Assembly: GCF_006345805.1 (NCBI RefSeq) | Contig: NC_042997.1 | Span: 103,664,001-103,728,000 of the forward strand | DNA: 64,000 nucleotides | From: Octopus sinensis | Taxonomy: Eukaryota | Reading direction: 5' to 3' | In this document: positions 1 to 13,046 of the stretch, piece after piece | Layout of the letters: each line of letters opens with the position of its first letter | Position numbering within the stretch: position 1 is the stretch's first letter | Translations under genes and position numbers: made by a program | The notes under the pieces: generated by a model | What the model was told of the DNA's origin: nothing | Seen by the model: the letters and a program-made list of their open reading frames with translations, nothing else | The model's database searches: none

Positions 1-502
1 CCTCGGCGGAATTTGAACTCAGAGTGTGAAGAGCCGAATGAAATGATGTTGAGCTTTTTTTTTCTCTTTGTCCCGCACGCTGACGATTCATATTTCTTTA
101 TTACCCACAAGGGGCTAAACACAGAGGGAACAAACAAGAACAGACAAAGAGATTAAGTCGATTACATCGACCCCAGTGCATAACTGGTACTTAATTTATC
201 GACCCCGAAAGGACGAAAGGCAAAGTCGACCTCGGCGGAATTTGAACTCAGAACGTAACGGAAGACGAAATACCTATTTCTTTACAACCTACCAGGGGCT
301 AAGCACAGAGGAGACAAACAAGGACAGACAAACGGATTAAGTCGATTACATCAACCCCAGTGCGTAACTGGTACTTAATTTATCGACCCCTAAAGGATGA
401 AAGGCAAAGTCAACCTCGGCGGAATTTAAACTCAGAACGCAGCGGCGGACGAAATACCGCAAAGCATTTCGCCCGGCGTGCTAACGTTTCTGCCAGCTCG
501 CC
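1..502 (-). mobile_element. Three stacked copies of tRNA-derived SINE family A (two partial, one near full-length at 274-502)
   Basis: Reverse complement of GGCGAGCTGGCAGAA..GTTAGCACGCCGGGCGAAATGC..GAGTTCAAATTCCGCCGAGGTCGACTTTGCCTTTCATCC..GTCGATAAATTAAGTACCAGTTACGCACTGGGG; the same body recurs at 20155-20532 and 29133-29361. Confidence 0.9.
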
Positions 503-1816
503 GGCTTCTGTATTACTTATGATAAAACGTTAGTTTGGTTAATGCGTACATATATACATGCATACAAGCATTCATGCTTAAAACGGCGAATTGGCAGACC
601 GTTACTGTGTCGCACAGATTGTTATGCAAAATACTTTCTCAGTTCAATTAACGGTGGGATCAACTTTGCATTTCATAATTTCAGGGTTAAATAGAGAACC
701 AGCCCTGTCCTGGGATCGATTCTTCTCTTGCTGCCTGCATGTTTGCCTCTCCTTCTAGAAGACATCGAATGTTGTCAAATCTGTAGTGAGATGGGTTCCT
801 GCAGATTTCCAAAAATAACTAAGACATATGCTATGATTTCGAGGCTAGACTCCACCAAGAGTTGAGGACCTAAAGCAGTACATACATACATAACCACACG
901 CTTGCACATACTATTTATGCTATGTGGCGCAATATTAAATGAATGTGCGGTGGAAATATACGTGTGTGTGTTTCTTAGTATGTGTAGGCCTGTGTTTGTA
1001 TGAGTTTGCATTTTAGTATAGATTTTCAATTAGAAAAATAACCCTTTTAGAGATATTGGTAATGGTAAGAGAAAAGAAACCAAAAGTCAGTAACAACATA
1101 TTCCCTAAATGTCAGCTTCGATAATCGATACAGAAAATGTATTTCACAATTGCGAACGAAATCTAGATATGATCGCTATAAATCAAGAATTATATATATA
1201 AAAAAGTAACTTTTTAGGGTAACGCAATTGAAAATTCTCCACGAATTATATATGATACAAAACAAAAGAGAATATGTTTAGCATATAGCAATCAAATGTT
1301 TAACATTCTCCAGAATCTTAAAGTAATAAACGAACTACGTGTTGCAACATCAGATTTTTCGATAGGGGAAAAATTATTTGACGAGTCCTAACATGATCAA
1401 AAAATGTTTAATAAAAATTATGATATAGTCCTCTAAGAATTTCAAAAGTCGGTTTCATGTAAAGTATATTATTTTTATTAGTTTGTTTATAAATGTTATG
1501 GCTGTGGGGGTCAAGAAATATGCTCTGAAACCATGAATCGTTCATTCACTTAGTAGTATATCGATGTAAATAATGAAATACTTAAATCTTGCTATGAGCT
1601 GTTTGCAACTTTCCTTCATTTCTGTTGGTTTGTAATCGGCTACTACGGGTTTATATTATGACATCTTTGTCATAACTAGCTTAATATTCTTGTCTTTGTT
1701 TTGGTCTCGGTTCAAAATTTAGCAATTTCTTCGAGCGTATACTGATTTCTTATATTTGGGCTATTATTTGTTGTACTTTTGAATGGTAGATTTGTATTGG
1801 CAGTATATTTCTTATG

Positions 1817-1938
1817 AAGCTTGTGGTCTAGTACTTTGGGTAGTCGGCTCATGATCGCAAGGTCGTGAGTTCGACTGCCGGCAGCACCTTGTTTCTTTGG
1901 GCAACTTGAACCCTGGTAGTCGTAACCGACGGAGCGCT
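1817..1938 (+). mobile_element. Degenerate tRNA-headed SINE fragment
   Basis: A-box-like TGGTCTAGT and B-box-like GAGTTCGACTGCC, followed by a CTTTGGGCAA motif. Confidence 0.45.
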
Positions 1939-2367
1939 AGTAATTTTTATATTTCTCCTCAATGAGCTTTGCTGGTATAGTTGTTTTGAAATACATAGGA
2001 TATTTCTCATCGCAGTAACACTTCATGTTGTTTATGTACGGCTCAAAGGATCTTCTGAGCCTTGGTACAAGCCTTGGTTCAATTCAAAATTCTAGTTCAA
2101 TTTCTCATGACATTTCCGCGATCGACGATAGCTAACACCGTCTTGCTATGATTTATGTGGTATTGGATCTATAATTTATGAGTTTAATTTTGCATTGTGA
2201 TTATTGTTACGAACTTTTTTCCCAACATATACTTCTTTGCATTTAAATAAAGAAGAAAAGCCAGTCCTTTTCACTACACTTTTTTTTATATTAATGCTAA
2301 AAGCTCAGCCAAAAGGATGACTAGTTTTATATACCGTTATGTTTGGTTTCAGTGCCATGTTTTTTCT

Positions 2368-2945
2368 ATGTATGTATGTATGTATGTATGTATGTATGTA
2401 TGTATGTATGTATGTATGTATGTATGTATGTATGTCATTATCCAGTTTTATTTCAAGATTTCTTGCCAATACAGAAAGAACCAGTTTCTAACCTAGATCC
2501 AAAGTTCCTTCATTGGAATTTCAGCAACATCAACAGGGTATTTTTGTATGTAACTATATATATGTATATGTGCAGATTTGTACGTTTTGTTTAAAGTATG
2601 TATTCTAAGCATATACTTGCATATCTAGACATGCTCATATATACTTAATTGAAAACTTCTGGAAAGTTTTAGAGATTTTCACAGTTCCAGTGATGGATTG
2701 GACATGTAGTATTCGAATCAGCTTTTTTCATTCTGGTTTTAAGAAGCCTAATTTTTCAAGATTGGTATTTAGGCAGTGTGTTACATATCCCAGTGCTCCA
2801 TATGTATGTATGTATTATGTATGTATGTATGTAGTATGTATGTATGTATGTATGTATGTATTATGTATGTATGTATGTATGTATGTATGTATGTATGTAT
2901 GTATGTATGCATGTGTATATACGCATACACACATATATACGAAAG
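2368..2945. repeat. (TATG)n microsatellite blocks (about 2368-2434 and 2800-2910)
   Basis: Directly visible; source of the MYVC/HTYI ORFs. Confidence 0.95.
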
Positions 2946-3812
2946 TATAATATGTATGGACGTGTGTATCAGTCTGTGGATCAGCGTGTTTATATGTGTA
3001 CACACTCAAAATTATATAAATATATACAGAAAGGGATGAACAAACATAGTCAAGTGTAAGTATATATTTTTATAGACACATGTCGACACATAGACGCCCA
3101 TCTATGGGTTTGTGTATGTTGCTGCGTGCGTATATGTGCGTGTCATGTCTTAGACATATACGGCACAATACATATATATATATGTGTGTGTCGTTGCACG
3201 CATAGGGTTTTCCTAATGTGGTGTATTTCCTGAGCCCAAAACATGTCATCATATACAACATACTTCCTTTATTAGTTATCCAAAAACCAAGCAACTAAGT
3301 GTGATGTCATCTAACGGCATCTCATCAGTTTCAGATGAGATCATAAGCTATATCCGTCTCTGTGTTTTCAATAATGTTATTAAGTTGAAAAATGACATGG
3401 GAATATTTCTACCACCTTATATGTATTTTCGAATCATATATATCATCGTTTGTATATGTTTAGTGTCTGTCTAACCTAACGCTCTGATTTCACCATGGTG
3501 TTTTTGTTTTACTAACATTCGCATGAGATATCATCTTTTTCCTTGTCCGACTGATTAGAAGAGAAGTTTATTATTTTCTCTTTTCCAGAAAGAAGCTATC
3601 ATCGTTAAGAAGTATATCAGCCTAGTTTGATTTAACTGCCCCGATGCAATGAAATGAGTTGCAATATGCCTTGTGTTTAAGAAGTTCGTTTTGCAACCGA
3701 GCTCTTGTAAGTTCGATCTCGCTGCACAGCACATTGAAGTGACAAATAACTGGTAAGGGAAATTTTGTTGATAGCAACAAAATTGTATGTATAACAGTAT
3801 CATAGTACAGTG

Positions 3813-3841
3813 ATGTATATATATATATATATAATATATAT

Positions 3842-3917
<76 letters not shown>

Positions 3918-3993
3918 TCTGTATGTATGTGTGTATGTGCGTGCATGTTTATCTATGTATATATGTATTTACATATATGTACGTATATGTATG

Positions 3994-4038
<45 letters not shown>

Positions 4039-4065
4039 GTATGTATGTGTGTATGTATGTATGTG
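3813..4065. repeat. (TA)n, (CA)n and (TATG)n compound microsatellite
   Basis: Directly visible. Confidence 0.95.
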
Positions 4066-5183
4066 TAAATATTTCTGTAAGATATGTAATTATCAATAAC
4101 AAAACACACTAAAGCAGGTGCATTCGGATGAGGAAACTCTGAAGACATCAATTTCACCTGAATTACACAAGACAATCCCTTCGGAACCATTCACTCTCTT
4201 ACTTGAAAGATACAACTAACGACAAGAAAAATATAATATAATTTGCAAACTAAAATATGATAAAATAAAATAACTCAGCAACAGGAAGAACAACGATAAA
4301 CACGATACACTAAAATAACTTGAGAAACAACAGAAAATGGCGGCAAGCGAGCCAACATGGTTGTCTGTATTGTGGTGGTGTTGTGGTTATTTTTGTTGTT
4401 TAGCCTGAGACCAATTTTCATCGGGTTTTCACCTAATGAAAAGCATCAAAACAATGACAATCTAAACATTGTTATTTTGATGTAGTGTATTTAAAATCTC
4501 ATTATTCAATGTGCTAATTTTTAAGACTGTAGGTTATGATTTAAAAAAATAAGTAGACGGTTGTAATATGTAGCTGCTGTTTCTAGCATGTTCAGTGACA
4601 TGTACAGGCTTCCATTGAACTTACTAAAAATAAAAATGTAATATCTTTTAAGTCAGGCCTTGCCGTCTGTTTTTTTTTTAAAAAGGAAAAACACATTGGA
4701 TGATGTACTGTACTTGATGGCTTATAAGACACACCTCAATTACGGCAAGCCTTTGCTTAAAACAAAAAGGCAAAAATTAAAATACTGTTTTCGCCTTTTC
4801 CACTATCAAGTCATTTTCAAGTTCGACATATTCAGATACTTATGAAATCTCATTTCCAAAAATAAAACAGTTAACCCCTTCATTAATATATTTCTAATTA
4901 CAACACTTCCAATCTGTTTTAATTAAATTTTGAAAATAACTCAGAATTTAAACCTGTTTTAATAACAATTATAGCTATTTATTTATCGATATATTGTATT
5001 GGAAATTGACGCATAAATTATCAAAACTTTATTATATAAAAGTATTATGGATTTCTTTTTTTGTCGTAAAACTATTTTAATAAGATATAAATATAAATAA
5101 AATGTGAAATATAAAGTTACTTAGGTCTTGTATAAATTTCATTTTATAAACGTTGTTAATCAATACTTTATATAAAAAGTAGT

Positions 5184-5520
5184 GAGCTGGCAAGCCGTCA
5201 GAATGATTAGCACGCCGGACTAATTGCTTAGCGGCATTTCACCCGTCTTTACGTTCCGAGTTTAGATTCCGCTGAGGTCGACTTTGCCTTTCGTCACTTA
5301 GGAGTCGATAAAACAAGTAGCAGTTGAGCACTGTGGTCGATGTAATCGATTTGCCTCCTCCCTCGAAATTACTAGCCTTATGCTATAATTTGAAACAAAT
5401 AAAATTCCGCCGAGATCGACTTTGCTTTTCAGCCTTTCGGAGTCGATAAAATAAGTACCAGTTGAACACTGAGGTCGAAGTAATCAACTTTCCCTATCCC
5501 CCTAATTTGCTGGCCATAGC
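5184..5520 (+). mobile_element. Family A-related SINE, one diverged copy plus a tandem 5'-truncated copy
   Basis: GAGCTGGCA..TTAGCACGCCGG..TTCCGCTGAGGTCGACTTTGCCTTTC..GTCGATAAAA..; second copy restarts at about 5401 (AAATTCCGCCGAGATCGACTTTGC). Confidence 0.85.
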
Positions 5521-6250
5521 TTATTCAATGTCCATTATTTAATTCATGACAGAATGGCCTAATTTCTTAAGCTTGTCCTTTTTTTCTATATTTTTGTTTT
5601 GCAGCACGATTTATCTCCGCCGTTATTCTGTGGAACGCACAAATGGAAATAAGCAAAAGTAAATAGTCAATGGATCAGAGACAAAAGAACGATTCATTGA
5701 CCCGTGTCAGTAATCGAATCGCAGTTGGTGCGACAAAAATTTCGACACCAAATAATACACGTTTAGGTGAAGCTAAAAGTCTTTTTGTGTTTTTGAATGG
5801 TTAATTTGTTTCTTCCGTGCTATGAATATTTTTAAAGTTTACACTCTAATTTCTAGACACTATAACTTGCATATTACGACCTAAAATTGTTTATATTACT
5901 CAGAAATTGAAGCCACCGGCTCAAAGCTCAATACGTGTTATTACTTGTAACCTATAAGCAATTGTGTAGGCATGTCTTCATTGTGTTGGTGTAATGGCAT
6001 TTGAAACTATCGAAGTTGTATGAGTGTTCAGCCAATTGTAGATCATTTATGCCTAATAATTAATCAACAAACATCGTTGTTTGCACTCTGTATAGCGAGA
6101 TCTGAAACTATAATTTGCATATTTACTCTTAATATGGTCTTGCAGATTCGAACGTAAATATGCTAGTCACTGTTTTTTACGTCACAGGAGACAAACCTCT
6201 CTGTATGACGCCAGCGTATTCATAACGCACTCAGCTTATTGGTTCAAGAG

Positions 6251-6298
6251 TCTCTGGGACACCAGTATTTCGATATGGTGTGTCTTGTCAGCAAGAAA
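6251..6298 (-). ncRNA. Degenerate type I hammerhead-like motif in the left arm
   Basis: Minus strand TTTCTTG-CTGACAA-GACACACCATATC-GAAA-TACTGGT-GTC-CCAGAGA; canonical GUC triplet but G8A in the core. Confidence 0.45.
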
Positions 6299-6566
6299 TA
6301 ACCAGATCTTTGACCATAACCAAGCCGGCGCTTTTGTTTATAATTTCAGGGAGCAAGCTACTGACTGATCAGTGCTGATATTTACCAAGCGATAAAAAAT
6401 CGTTATTTGCATTGTGAGGAGCGAGATCCGAAATGATGGTCTGCATATTTACTCTTAATACGTCTCGATATATTCGAACACAAATATGTTAGTCACTGTT
6501 GTGTCAGCAGATATCAGCACTGATCTGTAAACACTTCGCTGTAATTATAAATAAAGCCACCGAGTA

Positions 6567-6614
6567 CTTCTGGCTGACGAGACTCAACATGTCGAAATAC
6601 TGGTGTTCCCGAGA
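6567..6614 (+). ncRNA. Type I hammerhead ribozyme-like motif
   Basis: Stem I CTTCTGG, core CTGACGA (6574-6580), stem II GAC-TCAACAT-GTC, GAAA, stem III TACTGGTG, triplet GTT (6605-6607), stem I partner CCCGAGA. Confidence 0.6.
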
Positions 6615-7334
6615 CCTTTCTATCAATGAGCCGAGTGTGTTATGAACACGTTGGTGTCGTAAAAAGGAGAATTTTTCCCTCTGTGATGCATAAAACAGCG
6701 ACTAGCATATTTGCATTCTGATCTGCAAGAACATATTTAAGAATAAATATGTAAATCCCCGTTTCAGATCTTCCCATAGATTGAAACATCATTAACAGCA
6801 CTAGTAACAGAGATATCAATAAAAGAAGTAGCAACAGGAAAAACTGATTATAAAAGGAAATGACTCAGTCATTTTGACTGGAAGCATTAGCGTATATAAT
6901 ACGTTTTAAGTCATGAAATGATTTGGGTTACAGAAATAGAACATTTTTGGGAGAATCACAACAAAGCTCTATATACTATATTTGGTCTTAAGACGCTGTA
7001 ATTATCCATGGAGCTAGGAGCCCAACCGTTCGATAGCATAGTTAACTGCGTGAAAGCAAGTGTATGCGTAAAGATGGACTGTATGTTTTGGCATTCAGCC
7101 GTTGGTAACTCAGCATATATCCAATAATGTGATTAGAACACTATGTAATGTCTTTAAATAACTTCCATCGATCAAAAGAGCGATCTATCCATCGATCCAT
7201 CCACCGATCGATCCATCCGTCCACTGATTGATCCATCTATCCACCGATCGATCCATCCATCAATTTAACCAACCAACCAATCAACCTACCAACCAACCAG
7301 CCAACCATCTTTTCTGCCCACTATTCCTGCAAAG

Positions 7335-7725
7335 GTTCTTCGAGTAGAGTATTCTGGTACTTCATCCACGGACCCCTATCAATGGCAACCGTCACTAGAT
7401 TTTTCCCACGCGTGATTACCAAACGTGATCGAATGAGGCGTTGGATGTCTCCAAGTATCTTGTTCTTGGTCTACCTTCTAGGTCTCCTGCCGGTCGGCTC
7501 AGCTTGAAGTATCTGTCATGCGATTCTTTTCCGTGACATTTAAATCACATGTCCGTGGCCTCAATGCGCAGAAGTAGTGGATTGACCTGGAGAAACTCAC
7601 TGATTTCCGAGCTAGGTATCTTGTCGAGTAACGTTACTTCGGAAGAACATCGCTTCGGCCGCTTGTGTTCGCTATCATACTTTTTCGGTCATTACCAAAC
7701 ATCCATGACTATAGATGGGCATAGG
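7335..7725 (-). mobile_element. RTE-clade LINE 3' fragment (Expander/Rex3-like), decayed
   Basis: Minus-strand translation across stops and frameshifts gives YSHGCLVMTEKV..RTQAAE..NPLLLRIEA..ILQAEPTGRRPR.GRPRTR, matching the RTE ORF2 C-terminal YGHELWVMTE..QAAEM..G.R..GRPR pattern. Confidence 0.7.
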
Positions 7726-7979
7726 TACGAAAACTGAATAGAACCGAATTTACTTAACTCCACAAATTCGATAAATATATTTATAAATGCAATATCAATA
7801 TTAACTAACTGATACCAAGAACACTAACACTGCAAGAACAACAATAATGGATATTCTATCGGAATTAGCATCCAAGACAAATGAAAACTTTGATATTTTG
7901 TTAGATTAGATATAAGTCGTTTGTGTCTGTGTGTGATGCATATGAGCGTCCGTATGACCATATGGATGTGCTTGTGTGA

Positions 7980-8011
<32 letters not shown>

Positions 8012-8530
8012 GCATGTATGTATATATGTATGTTCGTAGGTGTGTGATGTGTGTTAGTGTATTTAGAAACCGAAAAATAGGAAGGGTAGGAGAAGCAGAA
8101 AGGTGTGTGGTTGGCAGCTGGAAAGAATTGAGATGCATAACTAAAACGGAAGAAACTGACGACAAAACATAGATACCCTGATATGGTATAATATAGAAAG
8201 GAACGACGGTTACTATAAGAAGTAAAAAAGGAAGTGATAAATAAAAGGCGAAATATAGAGGAGTAGAGTCGAAGAAAGAAAGAGCGAGGAAAAGAGAGAG
8301 GGGGAGGATGAACGAGTAACAAACGTAGAGAGAGGAAATACGTTTTTGCCGAGAGACAGTTATTCATAAAAGAAGATACCTACGTTACTTCTGAGAGAGA
8401 GAGAGAAAGAGAGAGAGAGTGAGAGAGAGCGTGTCGAGAAAGAAAATCAGGAAACTATGAGTGTAACACACATACATTACACCACACACACACGCACATA
8501 TATATATATATAAATATATATGTATATATA

Positions 8531-8588
<58 letters not shown>

Positions 8589-10171
8589 GTATATGTATAT
8601 ATATATGTGTGTGTGTATGTGTGTGTGTATGTGCATATATATATGTGTATATATACGTATGCATATGTATGTCTCTCTCTCTACGTATGTATATATGTAT
8701 ATGTATGCATATGTATCTTTCTCCCTCTCTTTCTTTCCTTCTCTCTCTCCCTGTCTCTCTATATATATCAAGAGCGTGTGAGATAGAGGGGGAGACTAAT
8801 AAAAGAATCTATATTAAGTCAATTCAATTTATTTGCCTGACAATAAATATTTATATGAGAATTTAGAGCAACTTGAAAATGCATGAGTGCTATAAAAATT
8901 TTAAAATAAAATAATATGTTAAAACATTATTTATCCTCTAGTTTTAATTTCCTTCAATCGTATGAACCTCCATGTTTTGCCGACTAATCTGTATTCTATA
9001 CTGCTTAGTTAAGAGAAAATTTATCGTAAATATGCATCTCGAATGATCGTTAACACCTACATATTTTATATTAATTTTTATTGACATGGAAAAGCCTAAA
9101 TATGCTTACTTTTATCTAAATATACGTAAATGCTACAGACACCAAATCAACATAACGATATTGTTTTATTTACTGTTGTAAAGCAGTATTTTATCGTCTG
9201 CTATTTCCATTTGATTACAAGAGGTTATTATTAACATAAATGCTTATTTATTCAGATGATACGTTTAGGAATATTCATAACAACTAAATAAGGAATAGAA
9301 AAACGTGAAGTGTTAACAGAAAATGATATACCGAATAAAGTTATTATAGGATACATAACTGCACAAGCAGCACACTGTATCATGTGACCAGATGGAATGG
9401 ATAAACATCGTATCACGTAAAGAGCAGCCTACTGAAGAAATAAAACGTCATTTTGTTTGTCTCATCCTATATTCTTATATATTGCCACTGTTTAATTTAT
9501 TTTAATGTGTTTATAGCTAAAATAGAGAAGGAAAGGCAGCGCTCAATATGCATTTCAGGGGCTTCTACTCTGGTGGGAAGGAGAGAATGTTTTAACCACT
9601 TATCTTGTCATTTAAACCAATAATGGGGAAGGAGACAATAACTCTCATCGAATGGAAACAGGAAGTGCTGATGAGATTCATAAATTTGGTTAAGTAAAGA
9701 AACAAAAGGAAAATTGTTAGCACTTACTGGTGTGGGGTGTATGTATACATATAGGTAAACAATAGAACCAGCCTAAACTAGAAAGTTAAAATAAGCATTA
9801 ACTTTCCATAATGAGAATTCCAATGAAGGACAATCAGGCAATACCAATGTATGGTATAATACAAACAACAAGATTACGTTAAACCGAGAAGCTAAGTTTA
9901 ACCTGACCAAAATGAAGGATAACTTAGAAGAACGGGGTTACAACATACGAAGGATTCACAAACAACGAGCATATCAAACATATACTCCTATCATCAGCTG
10001 CCTAACGGATATCACTATGGTTTCGACACCTGAGAGTACCATTCAATACAGCAGTTTTCAACAGCACTAAGCGCATAAAGGCAGCCTGTTAATTAAATGA
10101 TAAAAAAGTAGGAGCGTGACAGCAGCGCAATAGGTTCATTACGTCAACGGCCGCTTATTATTACAAATGCA

Positions 10172-10935
10172 AACATTCATTCATTCATTCATTCGGTTAT
10201 CATTGTGCTGTGTGACACTTGAGGCGACAGCAAGATCATTTCACCTTCTAACACTGAAAGCGTCCTTGACAATTTGTTCCATTGTTAACCCTCTGTTTTT
10301 TGGTCGGCCGCGTCTTCTTTTACATTGTGGAAACTATTGGAAAGCGATCCTGACAATTGAGTTTGGTTTATAGCGACAAACACGACCCTGTCATTCCCAT
10401 CTCCTTGCTTCAATAGTTTCTCTTATTGAGTTCATTTTAGCCTTGGTGTGTAGTTGACTATTCGAGATCATATTCGGCCAGTAGACCTTCATTGTTTTTC
10501 GTAAATATCTATTTTGAAACACTCTCGATTCCTTTTCAATACTTTTGGTTGTTTTCCAACATTCGGATCCATAGAGGAATATGCTAAGTATGTTACTTTT
10601 GTAAAATCGCATTTTGGTGTTCTTGCTGAGTATTAATGATTTCCATATTGAGCTTAACGTACCGAATGATCGGGTGGCTTTCCTGAGTTTTGAATTTATT
10701 TCACGAATGCAGTCTCCATTCATTATTTTGGTGCCTAGATAGTTAAATTCATGAACATTTGCAATTGGTTTGTCATTCAAAGTTACATGGTCAGCATCTG
10801 TTATATTTTTACAAAGTGTGTACGTTTCCTTCTCGTGGATTTTGAGGCCTATGTTGTTGTGTACTTGACTAAGTCTTTCAGATTTGTCTTGTAACGCTTG
10901 ATGCGTGTATGAGAATTAACAAATGTCGTGTATAA
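10172..10935 (-). mobile_element. RTE-clade LINE 3' fragment (RT thumb region and 3' tail)
   Basis: ORF 10391-10780: VHEFNYLGTKI..EINSKLRKATRSFGTL..TKMRFYKSNILSIFLYGSECW..VFQNRYLRK..YWPNMISN; (GAAT)n tail at about 10175-10195. Confidence 0.9.
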
Positions 10936-11253
10936 GAACAAACAAATACAAATATCCAATTTCAAACATAAATTGTTTCATACCTATAGCTACGAAGAAC
11001 AGAAATTAAAAAAATACTTAGTGTAGACCAAAATATCTCCTCTCGGCACGAAAAAAAAAGAAGATATTGCTGCTTCAAAAATTGTAGAATTTATACTGCA
11101 CTTGCAAAATAAATGTATGTATGTATATTTGTACGTATATATGATGGTATACGTATATATGTATGTATGTATATATGTATGTATGAATATATATATACAC
11201 ACATATATGCATATACGTACATGAATACATTATATATATATATATATGTGTGT

Positions 11254-11290
<37 letters not shown>

Positions 11291-12741
11291 AGCATTAATA
11301 TATATATATATATAAATATACATAAAAATATGAAAATATAACTGTATGAGTATGATTGCCTAATTTGAGTTTATATCTTAATTCTTATCTTTTTGAACGT
11401 TGAAGTTTTACAAATTTTAACAGTGTAGAGTGGAAATATTCAAACATCGAGACAGTATTTCATTCGACAATAAAAAATGGCTTACTTGTAAATGCTATCA
11501 TCGCTGTATACAAAATAAAAGTAGAAAGAAAATAATGGAAGTGGAGTGAATGAAAGTTTTTCTTTCTTATTTCAGAGTTATAGAAAAGAAATATAAGAAG
11601 AGGAAAACAAAATACATGATCAAAATCTTGAGTAGAATGTAAAATGTAGATGTGGAGTGTAGCCAAATGGTGTTGTAGGGAAAAGACAAAAGCGTAAAAG
11701 TATAAAATAATTAAAGCCGTCGGAGTGGTGCGTTGAGCAAATATTAAAATAGAGACAGTTCCTTTGCATGAAGGAGATGAATAAGAAAAGGTGTTAGGCA
11801 AAAGACAGCGAAGAAAATTACGAAGAACATATTTCGAAGCGTGGAAGATAAAAGTCTGATGTCTTTTATTTAATGTGGGCAGGTCTTGGGCTAAAGAGAA
11901 GGATGCTCTATGAACCTTGTTGGTGACGTACCGCGTGCTATACGATGCTCCATTTTATTTAAAACACAGTCAAAGTTGATACATTCAAAAGTGAATCATA
12001 GATGGAAAATATGTAGAAAATCATTTGCCTGGATAGGTTAGGTATGCTGCTTAAAGCATAACTTCAATTTGCTCCCAGTCAATTCAATACAAGTTTTAAG
12101 AACAGTGTTGTTTTCTATCTGCATTTTAGTATGATAAACGAACATTTTTTATAGGTAATTACATTCACTGGACTGTTGTTCGAGGCAATACTGCTACAGA
12201 TAAAAAGAGATAAGATTTTATTGTTGTAATATAAAAAGATAACTTTAAATTTGCATTCGGCACACACACACACACACACATACACACACACACACGAACA
12301 CATATAATATTAATACAAACAGCAGTTTGCAATGTTTCACCAAAAAGGAGAATTACAAATGTCACTAAACGTGACTAAGGTGTATCTACATTGCTAGAAA
12401 TAAGAGCTAAGCACTCTAATGCTGTAGTTAATGCACAAGAATGAAAAAAATATACACTAATAGGGACCATAATCGTCTGAAAAGTGCCGATTGGGAATTC
12501 TTAATACTGACGCGTCAGATTCCGCAATTTCCCTTGCTTCATCAGTTAAGACTGCTTGACCGCTCGGCTCTTTCTGGCCTCGGTTCACCATTAGTATTTA
12601 TGTTTTCGTCATCCAAATGGAGGATTTTGCGATTCGCTAATGTGTATATATATAATTAATATAAACAAACAGCAGCTTGCAATGTTTAACTATATATATA
12701 TAGTATATAGTATATATATATATATATTATATATATATTAT

Positions 12742-12802
<61 letters not shown>

Positions 12803-12804
<2 letters not shown>

Positions 12805-12990
12805 ATAAACGGTAAGATAACAAAAGAAAGAAAAAGACCTCAATATTATGTAATTTCCCTTTATTTAACGGTATTTTTTCATAGCGTTTTCAAATAGCCA
12901 GATAACGAAGAGATGGTGTTGTGGATTTCCACTTCGGCATCTGAAACTCAGAGTTTTATTTTGACTACCGAGTAATGTAACATATTATTG
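12803..12990 (+). mobile_element. Short Penelope-like terminal fragment with a degenerate hammerhead-like motif, flanked by (TA)n
   Basis: GAAACTCAGAGTT (12943-12955) shared with the neighbouring element; stem I candidates TCAAATAG / TTATTTTGA; core poorly conserved. Confidence 0.4.
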
Positions 12991-13023
<33 letters not shown>

Positions 13024-13046
13024 TATATATATATTATATATATATA

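Larger units (their letters stand above)
6076..6770. repeat. Diverged inverted repeat (arms about 6099-6381 and 6511-6770) with an internal direct copy of the left end; Penelope-like pseudo-LTR remnant
   Basis: GATCTGAAAC..GATCAGTGCTGATAT aligns by eye with the reverse complement of 6511-6770; 6401-6505 repeats 6076-6180 directly; each arm contains a hammerhead-like core. Confidence 0.75.

Noticed and set aside
3319-3341. 8-bp hairpin ATCTCATC/GATGAGAT containing GAAACTGATGA on the minus strand
   Set aside because: The spacing cannot form a hammerhead three-way junction, and the short stem is plausible by chance.
5605-5767. Plus-strand acceptor TTTTGCAG with possible donors (also 9517, 11573, 19946 and donor at about 35594)
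   Set aside because: Stops in most frames or weak partner sites, no recognisable peptide; expected by chance.
9880-10075. Open stretch MKDNLEERGYNIRRIH resembling a Penelope RT thumb or LINE ORF1 motif
   Set aside because: One short motif compatible with two different families, with no collinear support.
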